DNA of 64,000 bases from an uncultured Bacteroidia bacterium. GTDB taxonomy: Bacteria; Bacteroidota; Bacteroidia; NS11-12g; UBA955. Of the stretch, positions 1-9,344 are shown piece by piece. Numbering within the stretch: position 1 is the first letter of the stretch; each line of letters starts with the position of its first letter. The notes below the pieces were generated by a model. The model did no database searches. It saw only the letters and a program-made list of their open reading frames with translations, and was not told the DNA's origin. Both the position numbers and the translations under genes were made by a program. Location: assembly GCA_943789135.1 (NCBI GenBank), contig CALSSY010000018.1, forward strand, positions 15,908 through 79,907. The letters run 5' to 3'.

Positions 1-775
1 GGAAATGATCCTTGAACAGAAGTTTGGAAAGTCTTCGGCCAAAGTGGTAATCGAAGAATTTTTAAAAGGCATTGAAATTTCTGTATTTGTTGTTTCTGAT
101 GGTTCTGACTATAAAATATTGGGTTCAGCCAAGGATTACAAACGAATTGGAGAGGGCGATACGGGTTTGAATACCGGTGGTATGGGTGCCATAAGCCCGG
201 TGCCATTTGCCGATGCAACATTCATGCAAAAAGTGGAAGACCGGATTGTAAAACCCACTTTAGATGCCTTAAGAAATTCTGGCAACCCCTACAAAGGATT
301 TTTATTTTTAGGCCTAATGAACAATGAAGGAGAGCCTCAGGTAATAGAATATAATGTTCGAATGGGTGATCCAGAAACCGAAGCTATCTTTCCACGACTA
401 AAAACAGATATGGTTTCGATGTTGATGGGAATTGCACATGGCAATTTAGCCAATATTGATTTCGAATTGGATTCACGATGTGCAGCAACGGTATTTGTAG
501 TTTCTGAAGGTTATCCTGGTTCAATTCAAAAAGGCAAAAAGATGATTATAGGTATTGAAACGATTGAAAATACTCAATATATATTCCATGCCGGAGTCAA
601 GTTGGAAGGGATGGATTTATTGACCAATGGTGGCCGGGTTTCGGCTGTAACCGTTTTGGAAGACACTCTGGAATTGGCCATTACCCGGGCTCAAAAGTTA
701 GCTTCTGAAGTAAAATTTGAAGGAGCTATTTTCAGAAGAGATATTGGATTAGATTTATTGAAATATGGAAATTAA
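1..775 (+). CDS. purD: Phosphoribosylamine--glycine ligase, C-terminal part (5' end lies outside the window)
   Basis: The ORF is open from the window edge. The translation carries PurD-typical blocks (GDTGLNTGGMGAISPVP, EYNVRMGDPE, GGRV) from the ATP-grasp and C-terminal domains. Confidence 0.85.
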   Translation, partial: EMILEQKFGKSSAKVVIEEFLKGIEISVFVVSDGSDYKILGSAKDYKRIGEGDTGLNTGGMGAISPVPFADATFMQKVEDRIVKPTLDALRNSGNPYKGFLFLGLMNNEGEPQVIEYNVRMGDPETEAIFPRLKTDMVSMLMGIAHGNLANIDFELDSRCAATVFVVSEGYPGSIQKGKKMIIGIETIENTQYIFHAGVKLEGMDLLTNGGRVSAVTVLEDTLELAITRAQKLASEVKFEGAIFRRDIGLDLLKYGN

Positions 776-1370
776 ACACTCAGAAGTGCAAGAAAATATC
801 AACCCTCGATCCGGAATGCGGAAACTTTTGAATTTGTTTCTGAGAGGTTTATTAGTGGTTCTGCCGATTGCTTTGACTATAGGAATTCTATTTTGGATTT
901 TAGGACTACTGGGAAATGTTTTGCACTTGAACAATTTATCATTTGGTGCAATCATACTTTACTTAGCCTCTGGTATAGCGGTGATTATATTAATCGGAAA
1001 AGTTACCGAGGGCGTTGTAGCCCAACAGGTAATTTCTTTTCTAGAAGGAGTAATTGAAAAAGCGCCTGGATTAAGTTGGATTTTTGGCACTACCAAAGAT
1101 GTTACAAAAGCATTTGTAGGTAAAGAAAAAAAATTCACGAAACCCGTTAAGGTAAGAATTACAGAGTACCATTGGCGTTTCGGATTTCTAACTCAAGAAG
1201 ATTTAGCCGATGTGGGATTGCCCCAACATTGCACGGTTTACCTGCCCATGAGTTATGCCATTACTGGGGAGTTGATAGTGGCAAAAAAAATAGACGTTGA
1301 ACCTTTAGACGTAGATTCCGGTGCACTTATGAAGTTCATCGTAAGTGGCGGTGTCACTGAAATTAAGTAA
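765..1370 (+). CDS. DUF502-like integral membrane protein
   Basis: 201 aa with two N-terminal hydrophobic helices and a soluble C-terminal region whose layout resembles the DUF502 family. It overlaps the purD stop by 11 nt. Confidence 0.5.
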   Translation: MEIKHSEVQENINPRSGMRKLLNLFLRGLLVVLPIALTIGILFWILGLLGNVLHLNNLSFGAIILYLASGIAVIILIGKVTEGVVAQQVISFLEGVIEKAPGLSWIFGTTKDVTKAFVGKEKKFTKPVKVRITEYHWRFGFLTQEDLADVGLPQHCTVYLPMSYAITGELIVAKKIDVEPLDVDSGALMKFIVSGGVTEIK

Positions 1371-1383
1371 TCAGAGTATTTTG

Positions 1384-1402
1384 GGGATAATTTTTTTATC
1401 CC
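1384..1402 (+). terminator. Possible hairpin terminator after the DUF502 gene
   Basis: GGGATAA-TTTTT-TTATCCC, a 7 bp perfect stem 14 nt after the stop. No clean T-tract follows it. Confidence 0.3.
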
Positions 1403-1446
1403 GAATTCGTTATTATTAGTGTAACCCACGTTATTCGCACACACAT

Positions 1447-2154
1447 ATGATTCATTTGGACATTATCCTACAAGCAGGTACCACCATGGCCGATTCTACT
1501 GCTCTAGCATCAGGCGCAGAGACAACCGAACACGTGTCGGCTCCTATACTCGAAATCATGGGAAAGGGAGGTTTTGTAATGGCCTTATTAGCCCTTTCTC
1601 TGGTAGTTGCCATTTATTTTATTGTAGAACGTTGGATTTACTTGGGTAAAAGAGCCAAGTTAGACGATAATTTAATCAATGTGATTAAGGATAATTTGAA
1701 GGAAAACCGTCCTGATTCTGCACTTGCTTTTTGCGATCGAACGCCTACTGCACAAGCTCAAGTCTTGGCAACCGGTTTGCGTTTCCTAGGAAGTAATATG
1801 CGAGAAATTGAAAGCGCTATGGAAACCAAAGGCAGTGTGGAACTCAGTGCTATGGAAGGTAATTTACATTACTTGAGTCTTATTGCTCGTGTTGCACCCA
1901 TGTTGGGTTTTGTGGGAACCATCTGGGGGGTAATTAATATTTTCTATTCGATTTCGACTACGAATGACATAAGTATAGGTGCTATTTCCGATGGTTTATA
2001 TGTTAAAATGGTAGCCTCATTTGCAGGACTTTTAGTAGGTATTATTGCATTTTTAGGATATCAATTATACATCCGTCGTATTGATCGTTTTGCGGAAAGA
2101 TTGCAAGAGCAAAGCTTGAAATTGATGGAAATTTTAGTGACTACAAACCTTTAA
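1447..2154 (+). CDS. exbB: MotA/TolQ/ExbB proton-channel family protein
   Basis: 235 aa with three TM segments and the family-typical C-terminal block (APMLGFVGTIWGVI). Confidence 0.8.
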   Translation: MIHLDIILQAGTTMADSTALASGAETTEHVSAPILEIMGKGGFVMALLALSLVVAIYFIVERWIYLGKRAKLDDNLINVIKDNLKENRPDSALAFCDRTPTAQAQVLATGLRFLGSNMREIESAMETKGSVELSAMEGNLHYLSLIARVAPMLGFVGTIWGVINIFYSISTTNDISIGAISDGLYVKMVASFAGLLVGIIAFLGYQLYIRRIDRFAERLQEQSLKLMEILVTTNL

Positions 2155-2164
2155 TCCCAAGCGC

Positions 2165-2617
2165 ATGAACCTAAGAAGAAGAGCCCGAGAAGAAGCAGAA
2201 GTAGAATCGTCGTCTATGAACGACATTATGTTCTTCCTGATGTTGTTCTTCTTGATCGCGAGTACTTTGGCCAATCCAAATGTGATCAAAATCATGTTGC
2301 CTAAGGCCAAAACAACTAGCACCATCCAAACCAAACCATTGATATTAACGGTGAAGTTTGATGAGCGCGACGAAACCAAATCAAGTATTCAATATTTTAT
2401 TGATAATGAGAAAGTACCGCTTCCCATTCAAGAAATTGAAGCGCGTTTAATAGCTGCTCGTGATAATTTCTTTGATCCAGAGAATCCCGAAAATCGCATG
2501 AATGTAGTTTTGCGTTTAGATAGAAACTTAACCGTTCAGCAAATGGTAGATGTAATGGAAATTGGGGCAAATTTGGGAATACGTATGGTCTTGGCAACAG
2601 ATAAGTCAAGAAAATAA
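2165..2617 (+). CDS. exbD: ExbD/TolR biopolymer transport protein
   Basis: 150 aa with a single N-terminal TM (MNDIMFFLMLFFLIAS) and a periplasmic domain. It sits immediately downstream of exbB. Confidence 0.8.
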   Translation: MNLRRRAREEAEVESSSMNDIMFFLMLFFLIASTLANPNVIKIMLPKAKTTSTIQTKPLILTVKFDERDETKSSIQYFIDNEKVPLPIQEIEARLIAARDNFFDPENPENRMNVVLRLDRNLTVQQMVDVMEIGANLGIRMVLATDKSRK

Positions 2618-2628
2618 AACCGGTCTCT

Positions 2629-3684
2629 ATGAAAAAAGCATTTTCAATTGTCTTTTTTCATTTACTCTTTATCGTTTCAGCCTTTACTCAGACTATCGAG
2701 ACTATTGGTCTTGGTCACCATAGCGTTACGTTCGATCGGGGATTTATTATTCCTCATCATGAGGATATGTACCACTTGTATAAGCCGGTGCATTCCTTGC
2801 AGTATCAATATTTAATACCAATAAATAATTCGTCAACTCGCCTAGGGGCCTTGTTATATGGGGCTGATTTAGGCAGTTCTATTTTAGGAAAAGGTTATGC
2901 CTTGGGTCTCAATATGGAGAAATACTGGAGGCCAACAAAGAAGAATGAGTTGTCAATAGGTTTTGCAATGGGTTTGGGAATTGTTACGAATCCTTATGAT
3001 GTAAAAACAAACGCTCAAAACCGGGCCATTGGTTCTATGGGAAATGCTTTTGGACAATTATATGTTGTTGGTTCTCATACGGTGTCAAAATCACTCTGTA
3101 TCAATTTAGGACTGAGATTTAGTCATTTCTCCAATGGAGCATGGAAAGCTCCGAATTTAGGTATCAATATCCCAAGTGTGTCAATAGGTATGAGTAAAAA
3201 AATCGGAGTACCACCCATTGAACAATCTGAATTAAAACGAGAATTTTGGCGTCCATTCGCTTCCCTTAGGTTAGGTAGAAAAAGTTTAGATATTGACGAT
3301 TCTAGGGCTTTTTGGGTCCCTATTATTGAACTGGGTGCTGCACGCAGTATTTCAAAAGCGGCGAACCTGCGAATGGCTATAGCAACTCACGCGGATCCTT
3401 TTTATCGTTTTGAAAAGTTTGAAACCATGAAGCCATTTTCGATTTCTAACGGAATTGATATCGGACTTAGTGCAGGATATCATCAGTATTTTGGCAAATG
3501 GGGTATGTTGTTTGATTTGGGTTGGTACCTGTATAAGCCCAACCCAGGATACAAAACCCCCTATTTTGAAGCACTAGGAATTACGTATAGTTATAATTCT
3601 AATATAATGGCAATGGCTCGTTTAAAGGCGAATAAAACAACCGCTGACTTGATAGAATGGGGATTCGTTTATTCCTTTAATTAA
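2629..3684 (+). CDS. Outer-membrane acyloxyacyl hydrolase / lipid A deacylase (PagL-like)
   Basis: Signal peptide, beta-barrel-like alternating pattern, and an HFSNG motif (LRFSHFSNGAWKAPNLGIN) resembling the PagL His/Ser catalytic block. Confidence 0.5.
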   Translation: MKKAFSIVFFHLLFIVSAFTQTIETIGLGHHSVTFDRGFIIPHHEDMYHLYKPVHSLQYQYLIPINNSSTRLGALLYGADLGSSILGKGYALGLNMEKYWRPTKKNELSIGFAMGLGIVTNPYDVKTNAQNRAIGSMGNAFGQLYVVGSHTVSKSLCINLGLRFSHFSNGAWKAPNLGINIPSVSIGMSKKIGVPPIEQSELKREFWRPFASLRLGRKSLDIDDSRAFWVPIIELGAARSISKAANLRMAIATHADPFYRFEKFETMKPFSISNGIDIGLSAGYHQYFGKWGMLFDLGWYLYKPNPGYKTPYFEALGITYSYNSNIMAMARLKANKTTADLIEWGFVYSFN

Positions 3685-4826
3685 TAGATTTCTGCCCCAA
3701 TTCTATATTTAACATAGAATCCAGCACTGAAAGCGAATTGCTTTTTTTCAATGTGCCAGATGGGTTCAAATCTGAAATCAAAAATGCAAGTATTTGGGAT
3801 TAAAACACCCATCCATTGGTATCGGGCCATTAAGAAATTCCGGTAATTTGTGAACTTGTAGGGGTTTCCTATTTGTTCACTTAGGAATAAATTGGTTCCT
3901 AAGGGTGCAAAAAACTCCTCTGCGTAGTAATGGGAAAGTGCCAACTGGTGCTTGCCTTGAGGATTCAATTTTATTTGGTTGTACCAAGCATGACCATCTT
4001 TAAATGACGTTAATAATCGCGGCGAGAAATCCTGCGAACCGAAAACTACACTTTCGAATTGTAATTTATTTTGGTACTCATATCGCAATCCAGCGCTTCC
4101 ATTCCATTTGTTTTGAACAGGCTTGCCTATGGTAAGAGATTCTCCGCCTTGGTGATAAATCAAATTACTCATAGGAATACTCCATTTGTGCTTAGAAGCC
4201 TGAGCATTCAATTGGAATTTACCGCTCCATCCGAAGGAAATAATTTCTTGTTGGGAGCTTTGGGTTATCGCCATTTGGCGCCAATCTAACCAGAGGTCAG
4301 ATTCAAAAAATGTGTTAGTATACAAATATTGTATGCCATATTCTATGGGTCTGGTTAAGTTGAGCTCATAATTATAAACGGGTTCATATAATTGATGCCG
4401 GGTATTGCCGTGTAAGCTTCCTAATGTGAGATGATGCCGAGAATTGAATGCATGATTCAGTTGTATTAATGGATAGATTTTAGATTGATCAATTCCTCCA
4501 AAAGGTATATTCCCCAAAGCTCCGAGGTAAACATGGGAGCCATGTTTGTTGAAATTGTGTTTCAGCCCCATGCCAATTTGGGTGCCAAAGAGGGTTGCCC
4601 CTGGGTTGTGATTTTCCATATATTCATTGTTCTTGAAATAATGGAGAACCTGAACGCCCCAATTTTTATCGGAACTATTTAAAGACATGAAAGGCAATTT
4701 CAATGTCTTATGGTTCGGATTTAATGAGTTAAAGGTGCCATTGAAAATCGGATTTTCCAGTTGGGCATTTAAACAAAATACCTTTGTAAGGGCAATCGTT
4801 AAAATCCATATTCTGGTTATTGACAT
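3681..4826 (-). CDS. Hypothetical outer-membrane (beta-barrel-like) protein
   Basis: 381 aa with a signal peptide (…VFCLNAQ), rich in aromatic/Gly alternation. It is the last gene of the ABC-TPR-OMP operon. Confidence 0.5.
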   Translation of the reverse strand: MSITRIWILTIALTKVFCLNAQLENPIFNGTFNSLNPNHKTLKLPFMSLNSSDKNWGVQVLHYFKNNEYMENHNPGATLFGTQIGMGLKHNFNKHGSHVYLGALGNIPFGGIDQSKIYPLIQLNHAFNSRHHLTLGSLHGNTRHQLYEPVYNYELNLTRPIEYGIQYLYTNTFFESDLWLDWRQMAITQSSQQEIISFGWSGKFQLNAQASKHKWSIPMSNLIYHQGGESLTIGKPVQNKWNGSAGLRYEYQNKLQFESVVFGSQDFSPRLLTSFKDGHAWYNQIKLNPQGKHQLALSHYYAEEFFAPLGTNLFLSEQIGNPYKFTNYRNFLMARYQWMGVLIPNTCIFDFRFEPIWHIEKKQFAFSAGFYVKYRIGAEIY

Positions 4827-4838
4827 GGTGCAAAATAC

Positions 4839-6644
4839 TTAAAAACCGCGGAGTTTTCTAAATTGAATACGGGCTTCTGAGACGAAAAGAGATTGCGTAT
4901 ATTCCACAATTAACTTCTCATAGTTAGCCTTTGCTTTTTCCAAATTTTTTAATTGAAATTGTTGGATTTGAGCAAGTTCAAAAAGGGCATTATCCGCAAG
5001 AATATCGCTTGGATATGTTTCAACTAGCTTCTCATAAAGCGATGCTGCCATGTCGTATTGATTTTTCTCTTTATACAATTGGGCTTTCATGAGCATGGTT
5101 TCATCACCGAGTGAATGCCCTGGAAATGTAGCGGCAATTTTTTCGGCATAATTTAATGCAGAATCTAACATGCCTTGTCTTTGGAATAAACGTGCTCTTG
5201 AATACCATTCCAATGCCGTATAATTACTATCGATTCCAAGATTATCCGTAATGCATAGCGACAGTTCCATCGCATCATTAGAAATCAATTGAGTGGTTGC
5301 ACCTTTGAGCACATCAAGCTGCATATTAGCCCAATCGTAATCTCCGCGGTAGAAAGAAAGTTCTGCACGTTTAAACTTTGCCAATTGGCCCGTAGGGTCG
5401 TCTTTGAATTGCTTTTCAACTTGTGCCAATAACAATTCACTTTGGTAAACATCTCCCTGTTGGATGAGAAGGTCGGATAATGCAATTTTTGCTTCGGCAT
5501 TTGTTTTACGATCTAAGAAATCAGACTCCGAGAATCTTTGTAAAACCTTAACAGCAGAATCAATCAACTGTTTTTTTGTCAATCGTTTTGACCAAATAAT
5601 GGCGGCAGGTAACGTGCTTTTACTTGGGGCATTATCTGCGATAAATGCAGAAATTTGTTCATCGAAGTTTTGTGATAATTGTAAATTTTCTTTTTCAGAT
5701 AATTGAAACGATAATTCAAACCATCGACTTTGAGCATCGTAAAAATTATAGGCGTCTTCTCCTTTTTTAATGCAATATTCCAAACATTTGATGGCTGTTT
5801 TTAAATCTCCATTGGTTGCGCACAAATAAGAAAGTTCAAACATCCGGTAACCATCCTCTTTTAATCTAAGGTCTATGGACCGTGTATAGATAAATGCTTT
5901 ATTCCAATCCTGTAATTGAACAAAAGTCCATTTAAGCCATTCGCTGAAACCTTGAACCTGCGGATATTGTTTGATTTTCACAAGCAACATTTCTTGAAGC
6001 GCCATGATATCGGCAGAATCTGTGATATAGGTATCAAAAATGCGTTTCAGTTGATCGTGCGTCGCATTGGAACCTCCAATTAAGTCTAAATATCGCTCTA
6101 ATGCTTTAAGGCGTTTTCCATTTTGCATTTCTAATAATGCAATTTGATTGGATAAACGTGGATTTGAGCCGTATATATTCTCTGTTTGTACTAAAATATC
6201 TATGGCTTCCTCGGACATATCGCGACTTTGGAATCTATCAGCAGCCTGAAGTGCGAGTGTGATATTTTCTTGGGATTTTTCTAAAATCAAACGGTATAGT
6301 TTGTTGTTCGCTTTAGATTCGGGGTCATCCAATGTATTGATCCAAACTTCGTCTACCATGAATATAAGAGGATAGCCCGTTAACTTGGCCATTTTGCGTG
6401 CGGTTTTCCTCGCCGTTTTAAATTCTTTAAGGTTGACTAGGCATTGAATATAGTTTTCATAAAACTGGCTATTTTCTGGGTTTTTTTCGTGGAGTTCTTC
6501 GTACAATAAAACGGCCTTTTGAAAATCTTTTCTATCGTAAAGTGATTTAGCCAACCGAGCCTCATCTTGGGCTTGTGCAGGCAGTAAGTAACACATTATG
6601 GTTACAATAGAAATTGAGATTTTTAAAAGCCTTTTACGCATCAT
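4839..6644 (-). CDS. Exported tetratricopeptide-repeat protein
   Basis: 601 aa with a signal peptide (…LLPAQAQ) and repeated TPR-like helical hairpins throughout. Its start overlaps the upstream ABC gene stop by 4 nt. Confidence 0.7.
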   Translation of the reverse strand: MMRKRLLKISISIVTIMCYLLPAQAQDEARLAKSLYDRKDFQKAVLLYEELHEKNPENSQFYENYIQCLVNLKEFKTARKTARKMAKLTGYPLIFMVDEVWINTLDDPESKANNKLYRLILEKSQENITLALQAADRFQSRDMSEEAIDILVQTENIYGSNPRLSNQIALLEMQNGKRLKALERYLDLIGGSNATHDQLKRIFDTYITDSADIMALQEMLLVKIKQYPQVQGFSEWLKWTFVQLQDWNKAFIYTRSIDLRLKEDGYRMFELSYLCATNGDLKTAIKCLEYCIKKGEDAYNFYDAQSRWFELSFQLSEKENLQLSQNFDEQISAFIADNAPSKSTLPAAIIWSKRLTKKQLIDSAVKVLQRFSESDFLDRKTNAEAKIALSDLLIQQGDVYQSELLLAQVEKQFKDDPTGQLAKFKRAELSFYRGDYDWANMQLDVLKGATTQLISNDAMELSLCITDNLGIDSNYTALEWYSRARLFQRQGMLDSALNYAEKIAATFPGHSLGDETMLMKAQLYKEKNQYDMAASLYEKLVETYPSDILADNALFELAQIQQFQLKNLEKAKANYEKLIVEYTQSLFVSEARIQFRKLRGF

Positions 6645-8494
6645 GATTTAAAAAACTCAGAAGGGTCAAGTTGTCTTTCAACCATTTGTTTGTATATCCC
6701 ATCGGCATGGTTGAGAAGTTCTCCATGGGTTCCATGTTCGGAGATTTGGCCCTGTTGCATTACCCAAATCTGATCGGCATTCTTAATGGTGCTAAGTCTG
6801 TGTGCAATAACCAAAGAGGTGCGATTTTTCATTAATTTCTGCAAAGCCTGCTGAACATAAAACTCACTTTCTGAGTCAAGCGCGGAAGTAGCTTCATCTA
6901 AAATCAATAATTTAGGGTCTCTTAAAATAGCTCGAGCAATAGCGATTCGTTGTTTTTGACCTCCAGAAAGTTTCATGCCTCTGTCTCCAACAAGGGTATT
7001 AAAACCATCTTGGAATGCCTCAATAAAATCAAGAGCAAAAGCGTCTTTTGCGGCGAGTCGGATTTCTTCGTCTGAAGCATCTGGTTTTCCATACCGAATA
7101 TTGTCGTAAATGCTTCCACCAAAAAGTATGACCTCTTGTGGAACAAGAGCCATTTGGTTTCTATAGGCATGAAGGTCTAATTGATGGATTGGAGTATTTC
7201 CAAGTAGAATCTCTCCTTCCTGAGGTTGGTAGAATTGGTATAGCAGTGCAGTCAGAGTAGATTTTCCCGATCCACTAGCTCCAACCAAAGCCGTGCTTTT
7301 ACCCGGAAGCAACTCCATATTAATTCCTTTAAGTACGGGCGATTCTGGTCGTGATGGATATGAGAAACTAACCTGTTTGAATACGATGGGTTGGTCAATG
7401 GTCGACTTAGCATCTGTTTGATTGGTTTCTTTAGGCGAATCGATGATATCAATAACCCGATCAATTGCTCCTAGTGTTTTTTGGATTTGCACAAATTGTT
7501 CGGCCATTCCTCCCATAGAAGTTCCCACAAATGCAGTTAAAAGCATGAAGTTGAACAATTCGCCAATTGGCATTGTTCCCGCCTGAACCATTCCAAGGCC
7601 TAAATAAATCAACCAAATGATAGCACCAAATAAACAAATTATGATAAACGAACTAAAAGCACCCCTCCAATACCCACGTTTAATGCTTTCTCTTTTTAGG
7701 TATTCTGCATTTTGGGTATAACGTTCCGTTTCAAAACCCTCATTTGTAAACGCTTTTACATTGAGTATTCCGGATGTTGTTTCTTCAACGATTACGTTAT
7801 TTTGAGCAGTAATGTCTTGAACTTCCTTGGATATCTTTCGGATGAATTTGCCAAAAAACAAGGCAATAACCACCACAACAGGTATGGTAGAAACCATATA
7901 TAAAGCGAGATCGGGAGAACTGGTAAAAATCAGTACGATACCTGCGATCATAATTAATATTTGCCTAATGAAGAACGCCAAATTCGTGGTGAAAGTATCT
8001 TGGATTTGAGCAATGTCTGCGCTGAAACGACTTAATATTTCTCCGGTTCTGTTCTCTCCAAAAAAGTGCATGTTTTGACTTACTACCGATTTGAATAAAT
8101 CCGTTCGCAAACCTTTTGTCATGTCTTCCGTTACCCGTACATACAGAGATATTCTTAGAAAACTGAACAAAGCTTGTACGGCGAATAGCACGATGAAGTA
8201 ACGGGCAATTTCTTGAATCCTTTCGGTGCTAGGAGCGGTTGAAACTCCTCCGTTTTGGTAAACAAATACGCCATCCATCATATTGCCTAATAATTTTGGA
8301 AATAGAATAGAAGCACCGGCAGAAATTGCTAAAAATAGCGTACCAAGCGCAAAAAGCCATTTGTTGCTTTTTGACATATAACGGAATAATCTCAGCGACT
8401 TTCTTAGGTTTTCGCGGTTGATTTTTACTTTGGGAATTTCACGGTCTGTTTTTCGGGATGCCATAATCGCAAAAACAAAGTTCGGTAATTTCAA
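6641..8494 (-). CDS. ABC exporter, fused permease/ATPase (MsbA-like)
   Basis: 617 aa. N-terminal six-TM domain, Walker A GASGSGKST, signature LSGGQKQRIAIARA, Walker B LILDEATSALD. Confidence 0.9.
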   Translation of the reverse strand: MKLPNFVFAIMASRKTDREIPKVKINRENLRKSLRLFRYMSKSNKWLFALGTLFLAISAGASILFPKLLGNMMDGVFVYQNGGVSTAPSTERIQEIARYFIVLFAVQALFSFLRISLYVRVTEDMTKGLRTDLFKSVVSQNMHFFGENRTGEILSRFSADIAQIQDTFTTNLAFFIRQILIMIAGIVLIFTSSPDLALYMVSTIPVVVVIALFFGKFIRKISKEVQDITAQNNVIVEETTSGILNVKAFTNEGFETERYTQNAEYLKRESIKRGYWRGAFSSFIIICLFGAIIWLIYLGLGMVQAGTMPIGELFNFMLLTAFVGTSMGGMAEQFVQIQKTLGAIDRVIDIIDSPKETNQTDAKSTIDQPIVFKQVSFSYPSRPESPVLKGINMELLPGKSTALVGASGSGKSTLTALLYQFYQPQEGEILLGNTPIHQLDLHAYRNQMALVPQEVILFGGSIYDNIRYGKPDASDEEIRLAAKDAFALDFIEAFQDGFNTLVGDRGMKLSGGQKQRIAIARAILRDPKLLILDEATSALDSESEFYVQQALQKLMKNRTSLVIAHRLSTIKNADQIWVMQQGQISEHGTHGELLNHADGIYKQMVERQLDPSEFFKS

Positions 8495-8552
8495 CCGGGT
8501 TTAGGGGCAAAGCAATTCATAGTTGTTTGAATATCTAAAAACTATCGATAAA

Positions 8553-9245
8553 ATGAAGTTGACAGATCTTTTGGATTTATGCTTTCCTCGCTATTGTTTG
8601 GTTTGCGAAAAAGCCATTTTCGAGTCGTACGAGCGATATTTATGCATTGCCTGTTATTCGAATTTGCCCTTAAATATTTTTCCAATTTTTGGACCGAGTC
8701 CGCTTTCAAGAACCTTTTGGGGTCGTTGTGAAATACAATACACGGGATCCTTTTTAATGTATCAATCGGATTCTATGTATTCAAATGTGTTTAAGGAAAT
8801 CAAATACCGCGAAAGACCGGATTTAGGGAAATTTTTAGGTTGCGTTTATGGGCAGCGAATTCAACATTTATTTCCTGAAGAAATAAAGGAAATTGATTGG
8901 CTATTGCCTGTGCCTATGACCCGTAAAAAGGAACAATCAAGGGGTTACAATCAAGCTAAATTCATAGCAGAAGGATTGGCTAAAAGTTGGTCTAAGACAA
9001 TGGATACAACGCACTTACTAAGAGTCAAAGAAAGAACATCCCAAACCCGAAAATCAAAATTTGAACGATGGATTAACGCCCAATCGATTTATTCATGCGC
9101 CAAACTACCGGAAGAAATCAAACATGTTGCAATCATAGATGACGTAGTAACCACAGGGTCTACTATTGAAGGGTGTGTTGAAGCAATTCGTGCTAATAAT
9201 ACGGTTAAAATTTCGGTTTTTTCCTTAGGATTTACTCATATTTGA
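8553..9245 (+). CDS. comF: ComF family protein (phosphoribosyltransferase domain)
   Basis: N-terminal Cys-rich motifs (CLVC…CIAC) and a C-terminal PRTase motif (IIDDVVTTGSTIE). The start may instead be the TTG at 8523. Confidence 0.7.
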   Translation: MKLTDLLDLCFPRYCLVCEKAIFESYERYLCIACYSNLPLNIFPIFGPSPLSRTFWGRCEIQYTGSFLMYQSDSMYSNVFKEIKYRERPDLGKFLGCVYGQRIQHLFPEEIKEIDWLLPVPMTRKKEQSRGYNQAKFIAEGLAKSWSKTMDTTHLLRVKERTSQTRKSKFERWINAQSIYSCAKLPEEIKHVAIIDDVVTTGSTIEGCVEAIRANNTVKISVFSLGFTHI

Positions 9246-9320
9246 AAGCTGAAAAGGTCAGTTAAATCACATAATAAGGCCTGAAATGTATAACTTTATT
9301 TAAAACGCCGTGAAAATGGT

Positions 9321-9328
9321 TATTTTTG
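9321..9328 (+). promoter_or_regulatory. Bacteroidota-type -7 promoter box (TATTTTTG)
   Basis: Matches the TAnnTTTG consensus 17 nt upstream of the ATG at 9345. No clear -33 TTG. Confidence 0.3.
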
Positions 9329-9344
9329 TTGATTAAGAAATTGT

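Noticed and set aside
6973-8009. Short ORFs inside the first ABC exporter gene (6973..7170, 7252..7464, 7712..7903, 7827..8009).
   Set aside because: They are alternative-frame or opposite-strand shadows within a gene that has intact Walker and signature motifs, and they have no independent support.
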